From positions 46,130-110,129 of the forward strand of contig PMBI01000082.1 in the NCBI GenBank assembly GCA_003153775.1: a DNA stretch of 64,000 nucleotides, written 5' to 3'. Made by a program: the position numbers and the translations under genes. The notes beneath the pieces were generated by a model. It was not told the origin of the DNA, made no database searches, and worked only from the letters and a program-made list of their open reading frames with translations. This DNA comes from Syntrophaceae bacterium. Lineage in GTDB: Bacteria; Desulfobacterota; Syntrophia; Syntrophales; UBA2185. Position 1 is the first letter of the stretch. Each line of letters opens with the position of its first letter. This document shows, piece after piece, positions 9,397-18,819 of this stretch.

Positions 9397-9864
9397 TTTG
9401 ATCAGTCTTTTCTGGTTCTAACGCAGGTCTTCTCTTAGGGCGGAAAAGTGCGTCCGACGGACTTTTTGCCGCGCCGGTAATATCTTTTCCGGCGCCATTT
9501 TCTTGTCTAAAAGAGACTTTTGAAACTCTGGAAGAATATCGTTGGCACAAATTCCCGGTATTTACGAAGTTCGTTCTTAGCCCTTGTTACCATAATATCC
9601 GAAATGATGTAAATGGGCTTTAATGGTAATTATGTAATGTCTGCTTCCTGTAAGCGTCAGGTCGAGTAATTTCACTGCTGTAGTAGATTTCAAACACAAA
9701 TCGTGATAGTCAAAATATGAAATAGGCGGTTGAATGAGTTCCTTTTCTTGCCAGTCGCGCCTCCGCCCATAGATTGCCTTCGTCGCATCCGGATGGGAAG
9801 AAATTGCAGAATTCATCCATAACAAGTTGAAACATCTATCAATAACAAAGAACGAGGAAAAATC

Positions 9865-10311
9865 ATGAGCAAGCTTCTTAAGGATTATCCTGTCGTCATT
9901 GAATTTCCTGTCGCCTGGGGTGAAATGGACGCTATGAGTCACGTGAACAACATCGTATATTTCAGATATTTCGAGAGCGCCAGGATTGCCTATTTTGAAA
10001 AGGCGGACATGTTCAGTTACATGACAGAAACAGGGATTGGACCCATTCTCGCCACGATATCCTGTAAATTCAAGATACCCCTGTCATATCCCGATCATGT
10101 CCTCATCGGTGCGAAAGTAATCAGCATCGAAAAGGACCGTTTTATCATGAATCACGTTGTCGTCAGTAAAAAGCATCAGAAGGTGGCCGCTGAAGGTGAC
10201 GGGGTGATCGTGATCTTCAATTATCGGCAGGGCAAGAAAGTGACTGTCCCCGAGGTGGTGAAAGAGAGAATTCTTGATATCCAGAAATCGACTCAGGGAA
10301 AGGAAGATTAG
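9865..10311 (+). CDS. Acyl-CoA thioesterase, 4HBT (hotdog) family
   Basis: 148 aa. WGEMDAMSHVNNIVYFRYFESARIAYF is typical of YbgC/FadM-like thioesterases. Confidence 0.8.
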   Translation: MSKLLKDYPVVIEFPVAWGEMDAMSHVNNIVYFRYFESARIAYFEKADMFSYMTETGIGPILATISCKFKIPLSYPDHVLIGAKVISIEKDRFIMNHVVVSKKHQKVAAEGDGVIVIFNYRQGKKVTVPEVVKERILDIQKSTQGKED

Positions 10312-10438
10312 CTTTAAATTTATACAATGCCGAAATATCTGTTTCCTCTATAAACCCACATGCCGGCGCGTCGGCACAAGTAATAGTGAAAACAGATCGC
10401 GATTGCTGCTCCCCCGACTTCTATTTTGTTTTGCTTGT

Positions 10439-11401
10439 TTATTTATCAAACGGATACTTGTCTTGATTTCTCATTATCCCATCTGCTCTCGTGCGCCTCT
10501 GGGCATAATATCTGAGGGGCATGACAAGACCAAAAAAGGGAATGATATACATGGCAGCCACAATGGGTTCGATAGGGCCGAAAAACTCAGAGGAAAAAAC
10601 AATCACCAGGACATTATTCATGTTCGCTAACATGACTGCGCCGGCCAGTTGATTCTCCACAGAACTTTTCCAGAAGAAGAGGATCCCGACGGTGCAGCAG
10701 ATCGCCGACAACACTATGGCCACTGCGGATGCCGTGATAATGATGATGGGCTCTTTTTTGAAAAGTGGTGCATACCGGCAGAAAATTCCCAGATTTATTA
10801 CGGCAAAAAGCAGGAGAGAAATGGGAAACTGCCTTTTCATCAGATGCTTCAACAGGCCCGGGGTGACGCGTCTCAGGCCTTCAATGACTAAAATGGGGAC
10901 GAAGATCACCAGCATAAGCATGCGGACCATGGCGATCAGCGACAGCTCCGCATACTTCGCTGCAACAACATGGATGAGAGCCGGTAAAGTGATGGGCACC
11001 AGGACCGATGTGATCACGACGACCACCAGGACAAGAGGGCTATTCCCTTTTATCAGATTGGATATGAAAGGGGCCACAACCCCTGTGGAAACACCTACCA
11101 AGAGCAATGCGGACAGGGCATAAGTCGGGGCAAAAAATTTAAATATATAAAAAACGACCACAGGCAGAATCAGGCTTTTCAGAACGGTAAAAGTTAAAAT
11201 GGTCTTGTAATGGTCTTTCAGCGTCCTCCAGACAGTATCCAGTTCAATGGAAAGGTAACTGAGGGCAAAAAGGACCATCAGACAGTAAATAGGCAGGGAT
11301 TGGAAAAAAGAACCGAAGTGGGGGAAGATGATCCCTGTCGCCATGGAGGAAAGGACCACGAAGAGAAGTAAGAGATCGTTTACACGAAATGGAAGTTGCA
11401 T
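10439..11401 (-). CDS. Bile acid:sodium symporter (BASS/SBF-like) family transporter
   Basis: 320 aa, about 10 TM segments, with a GVSTGVVAPFISNLIKGNSPL segment resembling the BASS signature. Confidence 0.55.
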   Translation of the reverse strand: MQLPFRVNDLLLLFVVLSSMATGIIFPHFGSFFQSLPIYCLMVLFALSYLSIELDTVWRTLKDHYKTILTFTVLKSLILPVVVFYIFKFFAPTYALSALLLVGVSTGVVAPFISNLIKGNSPLVLVVVVITSVLVPITLPALIHVVAAKYAELSLIAMVRMLMLVIFVPILVIEGLRRVTPGLLKHLMKRQFPISLLLFAVINLGIFCRYAPLFKKEPIIIITASAVAIVLSAICCTVGILFFWKSSVENQLAGAVMLANMNNVLVIVFSSEFFGPIEPIVAAMYIIPFFGLVMPLRYYAQRRTRADGIMRNQDKYPFDK

Positions 11402-11445
11402 GTTTGATAGAACCTGTCGATTAAGGTTTTAATTTCTGCAACATA

Positions 11446-11482
11446 TGAAGCTCTCCGCAGCAAGCCAAGCTGCGGACAATTC
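11446..11482 (-). repeat. Copy of the recurring intergenic hairpin element (minus-strand orientation)
   Basis: The minus strand reads gaattgtccgcagcttggcttgctgcggagagcttca. The stem is tccgcagc/gctgcgga. The element lies about 45 nt upstream of the BASS start codon. Confidence 0.7.
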
Positions 11483-11581
11483 GCTCGCATTAGAGTTCAA
11501 GAGAGTGGAATAGCATATAGAAATCCCTCTCCAATCCCCTTTACAAAAGGGAGGAACATGTTCGGGAAGACCGGCGCGGAA

Positions 11582-12781
11582 TCAGGCATTGTCGCGAAAC
11601 AGTTTGAGCCAGATGGGGCCGCTCATGGAAACCAATCCGAGTATGGCAAATGCAAATCCCCATCCGTAGATTCCGCTCCCGGAGACATCGAGTACGAGGC
11701 CGAAGGCGAGGGGCGCAAGAAATGCCATGCCGAATCCGACAAACGCGTACAGTGCCAGCGTCCTGCCGCGTTCAGAGTCATGTGCCGCTGCGACGACACC
11801 GGCTGTCAGCGCAGCACTGTCGAGCATCATGGCAATCCCATAGAGCACGCAGAGTCCCGCGACCATGATAAAAGGCAGAGCAGCGGTAAAGCCTATGATG
11901 CAGCCGATGAGACCGGCGGCAAGCATGAAGATCGTGATGACGCGCCTCCGTTCCGATATCAGCGCCAGTTCATTGCCGAGGACACTGGCAGGCACGCCCG
12001 CGAAAAGAACGATCGTGGCCAGGTTCTGCGGAGTGATGTGGTATTCACGGATAGTTTGCAGGCTTATGCTGAAGGCGAGAAAGGTGACGAGCCATGTACG
12101 AAATCCAAAGAGCTCCCAGCAGTGAACCGCATATCCGCACATGTAGCCTATAGCCGAACGGTTCCGGAGAGCTCCGCGAAAATTAAAGGATGAGAGGAGA
12201 GGTTCTTTTCGCGGCAGATCAGGCGTCTTTGGCCGAACGGCAAGAGCGAAGATCAATGCGGCTCCGAGGCATCCCACGGCCAGCATCACAGCCGAGGAGC
12301 GCCAGTCAAGCAAAGTCACCAGCCACCCGGATAGAAATACCGATATGGCCGTGCCGATGCCATACGAAGACGTGTAAAAGGCGATGGACCTGCTCTGCGT
12401 TTTTCCAGTGATGTGATCGCTGAGCGCCTTCAGTCCCGGCATGTACGTCCCGGCCAGGCTTACACCTGCGCAGAATCTGAATAACATCGCCGTGAGCGTG
12501 CCCTCGGCAAGCCACCCGAAGCCCGCCATCGAGGCTGCGCCGAAGACGGCAGAATAGAGGTAGATGCGGCGCGGGTCGATCCTGTCGGTGAGACTCACAA
12601 GGATGGGTACAAAGGCCGCGTATCCTCCATAGAAGATGCCATTGATCCAACCGGCCTCGGTATTGCTGAGGCCCCACTCGGCCTGAAAGCCGGGAAGAAG
12701 GGCCGGGAAGTACATCGTCCCGGCCATGGAGAATATTTCGGCGGCACATACGCAAATGATGAATCTGACCTGACTGTTCAT
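11582..12781 (-). CDS. MFS transporter
   Basis: 399 aa, about 12 TM segments, with the hydrophobic two-half architecture of the family. Confidence 0.75.
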   Translation of the reverse strand: MNSQVRFIICVCAAEIFSMAGTMYFPALLPGFQAEWGLSNTEAGWINGIFYGGYAAFVPILVSLTDRIDPRRIYLYSAVFGAASMAGFGWLAEGTLTAMLFRFCAGVSLAGTYMPGLKALSDHITGKTQSRSIAFYTSSYGIGTAISVFLSGWLVTLLDWRSSAVMLAVGCLGAALIFALAVRPKTPDLPRKEPLLSSFNFRGALRNRSAIGYMCGYAVHCWELFGFRTWLVTFLAFSISLQTIREYHITPQNLATIVLFAGVPASVLGNELALISERRRVITIFMLAAGLIGCIIGFTAALPFIMVAGLCVLYGIAMMLDSAALTAGVVAAAHDSERGRTLALYAFVGFGMAFLAPLAFGLVLDVSGSGIYGWGFAFAILGLVSMSGPIWLKLFRDNA

Positions 12782-12900
12782 GCGCGAAAAAAGATGAGGA
12801 TTAATAAATTAATTGTCTTTGTCGGATTTTTCTACCATTCTTTTCGGATTATTGTAATAATCAATTGCATTGAACTCAATCGATTTCTTAAATTTATCTT

Positions 12901-13536
12901 ATGGAAAATACATTTCGAGAAACCGGCGGCATTGAAGTGGTACTGTTTGATTTCGGGGGTGTTCTCTCTGAAGAAGGCTTCCGGAACGGCCTCCGGGCAA
13001 TTGCGAGGCTAAACGGATTCGACGAAGAGACCTTTGTCAGGACTGCCAACGATGTGATCCATGCCTGTGGATACGTTACCGGCAAAGTGCCCGAAAACGC
13101 CTATTGGGAAATATTGAGAGGGACTACCGGCGTCCGGGGTGATGACCAGTTCCTGAGAAATGAAATACTGTCCCGTTTCAAAATGAGAGAATGGATGATC
13201 GGCACGGTGAAAAGGCTCAAGGTGCTTAAAGTCCGTGTGGGGATCCTCAGTGACCAGACCGGCTGGCTTGATGAACTCGATGCCCGGTATCACTTTTTCA
13301 GGCTGTTTGATTATGTTTTCAACAGCTATCATATGGGGAAGAGCAAGAAGGACCAGACGCATTTTCTGGATGTGATCCGTGCGTTAGGAACTGAGGCGCG
13401 TAGAGTACTCTTTATTGACGATGACGCGGGGAACTGCGAAAGGGCTGAACAAGCGGGTTTGAAGGTTATCCATTACCTGGACCGTGAACAATTCCTTGAA
13501 GAGATTGCCGGATATTTTCCGGCAATGACATCATAA
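12901..13536 (+). CDS. HAD-superfamily hydrolase (subfamily IA-like)
   Basis: 211 aa. Motif I is VLFDFGGVL, the distal motif is LFIDDDAGN, and the size is typical. Confidence 0.7.
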   Translation: MENTFRETGGIEVVLFDFGGVLSEEGFRNGLRAIARLNGFDEETFVRTANDVIHACGYVTGKVPENAYWEILRGTTGVRGDDQFLRNEILSRFKMREWMIGTVKRLKVLKVRVGILSDQTGWLDELDARYHFFRLFDYVFNSYHMGKSKKDQTHFLDVIRALGTEARRVLFIDDDAGNCERAEQAGLKVIHYLDREQFLEEIAGYFPAMTS

Positions 13537-13613
13537 GACATGGCGCAGACCGTGAGACCGGCCATATTGGCAGGACTGGGGTCCTGCACTACTTCTGTGT
13601 CGCGTCTTTCCAT

Positions 13614-13642
13614 TTGACACATATACACATTTTTCTTATACT
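13614..13642 (+). promoter_or_regulatory. Candidate sigma70 promoter (TTGACA-17 nt-TATACT)
   Basis: Near-consensus hexamers with 17-nt spacing lie about 60 nt upstream of the acyl-CoA synthetase start. Confidence 0.45.
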
Positions 13643-13703
13643 CTAATATCATTTCCGCTTGACACCCTTCATTTCTACTAACCAAAAAGGACGAGGAGGA
13701 CCC

Positions 13704-15731
13704 ATGCAGCTGATAAATCAACTGGATGCCATCTTTAAGCCCAAGAGTGTTGCGGTGATCGGAGCTTCACCTGCTCCGGGCAAACTTGGCTATGATGTTA
13801 TTTACAACCTGATCCATGCCGGCTTTTCCGGTCCGATATATCCGGTCAACCCGAAAGCGGATCAGATTCTGGATCGTCCCGCATACAAGCAGATCGGCGA
13901 TATTTCGCCCGCACCGGATCTTGCGGTGATAATCATACCCGCAAAGGCAGTGCCCGGCGCAATCGACCAGTGCGGCATGGCGGGGGTCAAGGCCGCCGTG
14001 GTCATTACGGGAGGGTTTGCGGAAGCGGGAGAAGCAGGCGAGAAACTTCAGGTGGAGCTGGCCGATGCCGCGCGCCGCTACGGCATCCGGGTCATCGGTC
14101 CCAATTGTCAGGGGGTGAATAATCCTCATTATAATCTCTGCGCCTCATGGCCGCTCCTTACGAGGAAGGGCCGCATGGCTTTTATCTCCCAGAGCGGTAC
14201 GGTCGGGGCGGCGCTGATGGACTGGGCGAGCGAGGAACACCTCGGTGTGAGCGCCTTCGTAAGCCTCGGCAATCGCGCCGACGTCGATGAAACAGATTGC
14301 ATCCAGTATTTTAACCATGATCCCAATACGGAGGTGATTGCCCTCTATGTGGAAGGCGTCAAGCGACCCGTTGAATTTCAAAAGGCGCTGGCCGCGGCCA
14401 CGAAACCCGTCGTTATTTTGAAATCCGGGCGCACGGCGCGGGGCCGTGTTGCGGCAGAATCGCACACCAAGTCCATGGCGGGAGTGGATGCCGTTTATGA
14501 CGCCATCTTCAGAAAATACCGGGTTCACCGCGCCGATACCATCGAAGAGCTCTACGACTACGCCAAAGCGTTAGCCTACATGTCCAAGCCTCCGGGAAAA
14601 CGCTTGCTCAATATCACCAGCTCGGGAGGCTCTGCCATCCTGGCCATAGATCAGGCGGAAAAACTCGGGTTCGAATCGCCGCGGCCGGAGGCGACCCTGA
14701 GGGAACGCCTGCGTGCAATCTTGCCGGCGCACTGTTCGGTTGATAACCCCATAGACCTTACGGGAGACGTGATCGGCGATCCGACGCTGTACAGCAAAGT
14801 TATCGCTGCGGCAAAAGGTGACTATGACACTATGGTCATCATCTTTGGCGACCCGATTGCCGGGGCATCGAAGATCGTCACTCCGGGTGCTTCCGAGGTG
14901 GTTATCTTCCTGGGCGGCGCCGATGTCGAAAGAGAGGAGCGCGTTCTGATCCACCAGCGGGGCATACCGGTCTTTCCCACTCCGGAGCGCGGCCTCAAGG
15001 CCTTGCATCAGTTCTTCCGGTTCGAAAGCCGCACCGTTATTCCCTCTGCGACTCACGCGCCGACCTCCGGCCTGCAATTGATGGGCGCGAGTGACGCAGT
15101 GACGCTGCTCGATGAGGTCGGCATTCCAGTGGCTGCCGCGAGACTCGCCAAATCGCCCGAGGACGCCGCAGCATTGGCGCGTACGTTTGCCACTCCCGTG
15201 GTCCTCAAGGTGGCCTCGCCGGACATAGCCCATAAGAGCGATATTGGCGGCATACGCCTTAATCTATCCACCGATAAGGCAATACGCACCGCCTATCACG
15301 AAATCATGGCAAGCGCCGCCGCTCACGCCCCGCGTGCCCGGGTCGAGGGGGTAACCGTATCACCCATGGCCGAGGCAGGCGGCCAGGAAGTTATTGTTGG
15401 TGTATTCACGGATCCCCAGTATGGGCCCATTTTGATGTTCGGCCTGGGGGGAATCTTCACGGAAATTTACCGGGATGTACAGTTCTGCCTGCTCCCCGCT
15501 TCCAATGAAGAACTGCGCCAGACGATCGAGTCTATTACCGGGTATCCGCTGCTCGCCGGCGTCCGGGGCCAACGCCCGAAAGACGTAAAGAAGCTGATAG
15601 AAGTCATGAAGGGTGTCTCCAGACTGGCAATTGATAATCCGGAAATTGATCAGATTGATCTGAACCCCGTGCTCGTTTATGAACGGGGTGTCCTTGTCGT
15701 GGACGCCCGGATCTTCAGGCGGACGCTATAG
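13704..15731 (+). CDS. ADP-forming acetyl/acyl-CoA synthetase (NDP-forming), fused alpha-beta domain order
   Basis: The ATG at 13704 is preceded by gaggagga. The N-terminal CoA-binding region is KSVAVIGAS...PVNPK, the phosphohistidine segment is ESHTKSMAG, and the ATP-grasp domain is C-terminal (VVLKVASPDIAHKSDIGGIRLNL). Confidence 0.85.
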   Translation: MQLINQLDAIFKPKSVAVIGASPAPGKLGYDVIYNLIHAGFSGPIYPVNPKADQILDRPAYKQIGDISPAPDLAVIIIPAKAVPGAIDQCGMAGVKAAVVITGGFAEAGEAGEKLQVELADAARRYGIRVIGPNCQGVNNPHYNLCASWPLLTRKGRMAFISQSGTVGAALMDWASEEHLGVSAFVSLGNRADVDETDCIQYFNHDPNTEVIALYVEGVKRPVEFQKALAAATKPVVILKSGRTARGRVAAESHTKSMAGVDAVYDAIFRKYRVHRADTIEELYDYAKALAYMSKPPGKRLLNITSSGGSAILAIDQAEKLGFESPRPEATLRERLRAILPAHCSVDNPIDLTGDVIGDPTLYSKVIAAAKGDYDTMVIIFGDPIAGASKIVTPGASEVVIFLGGADVEREERVLIHQRGIPVFPTPERGLKALHQFFRFESRTVIPSATHAPTSGLQLMGASDAVTLLDEVGIPVAAARLAKSPEDAAALARTFATPVVLKVASPDIAHKSDIGGIRLNLSTDKAIRTAYHEIMASAAAHAPRARVEGVTVSPMAEAGGQEVIVGVFTDPQYGPILMFGLGGIFTEIYRDVQFCLLPASNEELRQTIESITGYPLLAGVRGQRPKDVKKLIEVMKGVSRLAIDNPEIDQIDLNPVLVYERGVLVVDARIFRRTL

Positions 15732-15808
15732 GTGCTATGCGCTTATGCAGTGATGTGTGGCCCTGGCCGGCGGTGTTGCCGCGTCTGATGAACCATATAT
15801 GTCAGTCT

Positions 15809-16258
15809 TCAGTGGATTTTGTGATCCGTAAGCAGGTTGGCCATAATCAGACCGTAAAAACTTTCCCTGCCGGACTGGTAATTCCAGCCTAAGTGAGTGA
15901 AGCAATTTGCACACACTGCGATGCACCAGGTGAATCCGGGAAACCATGTGGCCTCGTATGTGGGGATGCCGTAGATGAAACTGCCCCATGCCCTGGAAAA
16001 GCAGCCGATATGGAAGGTAATGCCGAGAGGATTTTTAAATATATGTGCATGCTGACCGTTTACGGCAATGCTGTATCCGACGGTTGTGATCTCGTTTCTG
16101 CAGTTCTTACAAATGATTGACTCTTCTCTTTCTTCAGTTTTCTCTTCCTCCAATATTTTCGAGCAGACTGCAGCGATTTGCTCGTCCGCAGATTCTTTCA
16201 GTGTCCGCAGAGGGGCTACGTGATATGAATGTATTTCATGTCTCGTGCGAAAATTCAT
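15809..16258 (-). CDS. Bacterial cereblon-like CULT (beta-tent, thalidomide-binding-type) domain protein
   Basis: Two CxxC zinc pairs (CKNC, CANC) and three Trp (AWG, TWF, TWC) are spaced as in the CULT aromatic cage. The C-terminal HLGWNY...FYGLI segment is also present. I chose the ATG at 16258. The ORF extends to a GTG at 16327. Confidence 0.7.
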   Translation of the reverse strand: MNFRTRHEIHSYHVAPLRTLKESADEQIAAVCSKILEEEKTEEREESIICKNCRNEITTVGYSIAVNGQHAHIFKNPLGITFHIGCFSRAWGSFIYGIPTYEATWFPGFTWCIAVCANCFTHLGWNYQSGRESFYGLIMANLLTDHKIH

Positions 16259-16368
16259 ATTCAGGAAACTTCCTGTATCCCGGTGTGTTTGTCCATGTTT
16301 CTGAATTCGGTATCGAGCGCATTCCACGCGGCTTGCTGCGAGGTAAGCGAGCGAATGATGACATACTG

Positions 16369-16418
16369 TTCCTTAAGAATCAAAGATTCTCCGCCGCATG
16401 CTGCGGAGAGCTTCAATT
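16369..16418 (+). repeat. Copy of the recurring intergenic hairpin element
   Basis: ttccttaagaatcaaagattctccgccgcatgctgcggagagcttcaatt is almost identical to 32272-32321. It lies about 70 nt upstream of the 16488 start. Confidence 0.8.
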
Positions 16419-16487
16419 AAGCCCATCTATCCTATTTTAATTGATTTGATGCTCTAAAGCAAATTATCACAAGAGCCGATTATTGTT

Positions 16488-17270
16488 ATGAGGTGCCTGG
16501 GAGTGATGCTGGGAATTAAGGGAAGAATCGAATCTAAAGCAGCGATAATTATTCTTGTGGTTCTGTGTATATCACTGCCTGTCCGCTCTGCAGAGATGTA
16601 CAGATGGGTTGATATAGAAGGAGTAGTGCACTTCTCAGACGATCAACCGGAAGGTATCAACGGGACTAAACGGCTGAAGGTGGAAGATGCAATGCCAAGG
16701 GAGGAAATCCCTGGTGTGAGACTGGAAATGCCCGGAGGAAAGGTCACTGCTCCACAAACGAAGCCGAAAGAAGATTCGAACAGGATAACTTCCAGAACAC
16801 AACAGAAATTGGCGAATTTTCCCCTGGTCTTCCAGAAACGTAATTGGTGCGCCTTTGCCAGCATGGAAATGGTTCTTAAGTACTATGGCTTCGATGTTGA
16901 TCAGGATGCGATTTACAAAAATTTAAATGCGCGGAGGAGAAGCACCGTCAGGGAAGGAGAAGGACTCGATACGAGAACGGTGGCCCGCTTCATGAGCAGG
17001 GCGGGGCTTAATGTTGATTACCGTGAAGAGGGCGATCTCGAGGCCGTAAAAATCTATATTGATAAAGGTATTCCCGTAATGTGTGGACGCATTGCACCGG
17101 GGAAATGGGAAGGTACGCGCCACATGGCGGTGATAATAGGGTATGACGATGTATATAAGGCAGTCGTGCTTGCCGATCCCGGCTATGGTCGGGAAATATC
17201 GCTCTCGTACGATGAATTTATGGACGAATGGGGAAGGGTAAACAAACCGATGATTGCGGTATCCAAATGA
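16488..17270 (+). CDS. Secreted DUF4124 + C39-like cysteine peptidase domain protein
   Basis: 260 aa. It has an N-terminal signal/TM segment and a DUF4124-type MYRWVDIEGVVHFSD segment. The C39-like Gln/Cys is VFQKRNWCAFASMEMVLKYYG, the His is RHMAVIIGYDD and the Asp is LADPGYG. Confidence 0.7.
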   Translation: MRCLGVMLGIKGRIESKAAIIILVVLCISLPVRSAEMYRWVDIEGVVHFSDDQPEGINGTKRLKVEDAMPREEIPGVRLEMPGGKVTAPQTKPKEDSNRITSRTQQKLANFPLVFQKRNWCAFASMEMVLKYYGFDVDQDAIYKNLNARRRSTVREGEGLDTRTVARFMSRAGLNVDYREEGDLEAVKIYIDKGIPVMCGRIAPGKWEGTRHMAVIIGYDDVYKAVVLADPGYGREISLSYDEFMDEWGRVNKPMIAVSK

Positions 17271-17383
17271 GGACAGGGTAAACACCCGCAATAAAAAAGC
17301 AGCCGGGCTTTTGCATTGAGTAAAACCCGTGGGATTCATTCTCTTGACAAACTTCGCACGCGTGTGTTACGCATGCATCCAAC

Positions 17384-17536
17384 ACAGGCAACCCGCAAGG
17401 GCGTTAGGGAAGGCGGTGAAAATCCGCCACGGGCCCGCCGCTGTAACCGGGGACGAAAACCGCAGTGGCCACTTTCCTCCAAGGATGGGAAGGCGCGGCG
17501 AGTAGAAAGAGCCGGAAGTCAGAAGACCTGCCTGCA
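17384..17536 (+). promoter_or_regulatory. Cobalamin (B12) riboswitch aptamer
   Basis: Conserved ggcggtgaaaatccgcc, gcccgccgctgtaa and ggccac...gggaagg segments are present. The B12 box is agtcagaagacctgcc (17518-17533). P1 pairs caggca (17385-17390) with tgcctg (17530-17535). Confidence 0.9.
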
Positions 17537-17603
17537 GAGCAAATGTAGTTTTGGCCTGTGCGCGGTACAGGCAAAGCCGGAATCACCGTAGATGGAAAAC
17601 GGC

Positions 17604-17641
17604 ATCCACGGATCAATAAAATGGTTCGTGGATTTTTTATT
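17604..17641 (+). terminator. Intrinsic terminator forming the riboswitch expression platform
   Basis: Stem atccacg/cgtggat followed by tttttatt, ending 7 nt before the cobC ATG. Confidence 0.7.
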
Positions 17642-17647
17642 ATTCTT

Positions 17648-18253
17648 ATGGCACAAAAATTATTGCTCCTGAGACACGGAGATATCGGCAAACAGTATCA
17701 GGACCGGTATATCGGGAGCACGGATGCGTCCATGAGCCTCCTCGGGCATCAGCAGGTCAGGTCCGTCCGGGCGCTGCTCGATACAGAAGGGCCCTGCCGG
17801 TGTATCTCGAGTCCCATGGCGCGCTGCAGAGAAACGGCAGCGGCTGTCATGGAGACTGCTGATATGGATTTTACCGTCGATCCCGATCTGAGGGAAATCG
17901 ATTTCGGTCAATGGGAGGGCATGGCCTTCGGGGAAATTCAGAAGGCCTTTCCCGGGGAGATCAGTAAATGGGCGGAGTTCAACGCCGATTTTGCTTTTCC
18001 GGGTGGGGATAAAATCGGAGATTTTCAGGAAAGAATCGTGGGCGTTGCCGAGCGCCTGGTGGGAAACCCGGCCGACACCATTCTCGTATGTACGCACGGA
18101 GGCGTCATCCGCCTCCTCATCTGCCATTTCCTGGGGCTCCAGCCCCGGCACTATATACTTTTTAGAGTGAAACACGCCTCGTTGACAACTATCGAACTGT
18201 TTGGCGGGTCCGGCATCCTTGCGGGACTGAATGAAACAGGGCGGGCAGAGTAA
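17648..18253 (+). CDS. cobC: Alpha-ribazole phosphatase (histidine phosphatase family)
   Basis: The sequence begins MAQKLLLLRHGD, which carries the RHG motif. The upstream extension in the ORF track overlaps the riboswitch. This is the first gene of the nucleotide-loop operon. Confidence 0.8.
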   Translation: MAQKLLLLRHGDIGKQYQDRYIGSTDASMSLLGHQQVRSVRALLDTEGPCRCISSPMARCRETAAAVMETADMDFTVDPDLREIDFGQWEGMAFGEIQKAFPGEISKWAEFNADFAFPGGDKIGDFQERIVGVAERLVGNPADTILVCTHGGVIRLLICHFLGLQPRHYILFRVKHASLTTIELFGGSGILAGLNETGRAE

Positions 18254-18267
18254 AAAGGTCGAATCGG

Positions 18268-18819
18268 ATGGCAAAGATCATTTTCATAACAGGGGGGAGC
18301 AGGAGCGGCAAGAGCGCCTACGGCCAACGCGTAGGCGAATCGATCTCCGGCGCCCGGACGTATATTGCAACCTGTCCGGTTATCGATAAGGAAATGGAAG
18401 ACCGCATACGGAAGCACAAAGACGCGCGTGAATCGGCGTCGTGGCAGACTCTCGAAGAGTTGACGGATCTCGCCGGGGCCCTCCGCAGGTCAAGGGGAAG
18501 CCAGGTGACCCTCGTTGACTGCCTTACCTTATGGGTCAACAATCTCATGTATGAAGCGGAGCAGGAAGAGAGACATATCGATGAAGAGGCGATTGGTGCA
18601 AGGTGTGAGGATGTCGTGGGAGTTTGCAGCGATCTTCCCGGCACGGTCATTTTTGTGACCAATGAGGTGGGGATGGGCATCGTGCCCGAAAATCCCACCT
18701 CCCGGCTGTTCCGGGACCTGGCAGGGCGGTGCAATCAGATCATGGCGGATCACGCAGATGTTTTCATCTTCATGATAAGCGGCATTCCCGTCTATATCAA
18801 AGGAGAGAAAATCTTATGA
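18268..18819 (+). CDS. cobU: Adenosylcobinamide kinase / adenosylcobinamide-phosphate guanylyltransferase
   Basis: 183 aa with P-loop FITGGSRSGKSAY and the family-typical VTNEVGMGIVPEN. Confidence 0.9.
   Translation: MAKIIFITGGSRSGKSAYGQRVGESISGARTYIATCPVIDKEMEDRIRKHKDARESASWQTLEELTDLAGALRRSRGSQVTLVDCLTLWVNNLMYEAEQEERHIDEEAIGARCEDVVGVCSDLPGTVIFVTNEVGMGIVPENPTSRLFRDLAGRCNQIMADHADVFIFMISGIPVYIKGEKIL

Noticed and set aside
9577-9942. A 121-aa minus-strand ORF upstream of the helicase. Its C-terminal segment (GSRHYIITIKAHLHHFGYYG) vaguely recalled the N-terminus of IS200/RAYT-type transposases.
   Set aside because: There is no convincing RBS at either candidate start. The 5' end overlaps the thioesterase start. 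The resemblance is too weak and too short to support a transposase remnant, so it is left unannotated.
11558-12193. A 211-aa plus-strand ORF opposite the MFS transporter gene.
   Set aside because: It is fully antisense to a clear 12-TM transporter. The sequence is charged and low in complexity, with no motif.
17558-17647. The N-terminal extension of cobC given in the ORF track (start 17558).
   Set aside because: The extension overlaps the riboswitch 3' arm and the terminator hairpin. The conserved histidine-phosphatase N-terminus starts at MAQKLLLLRHGD (17648).
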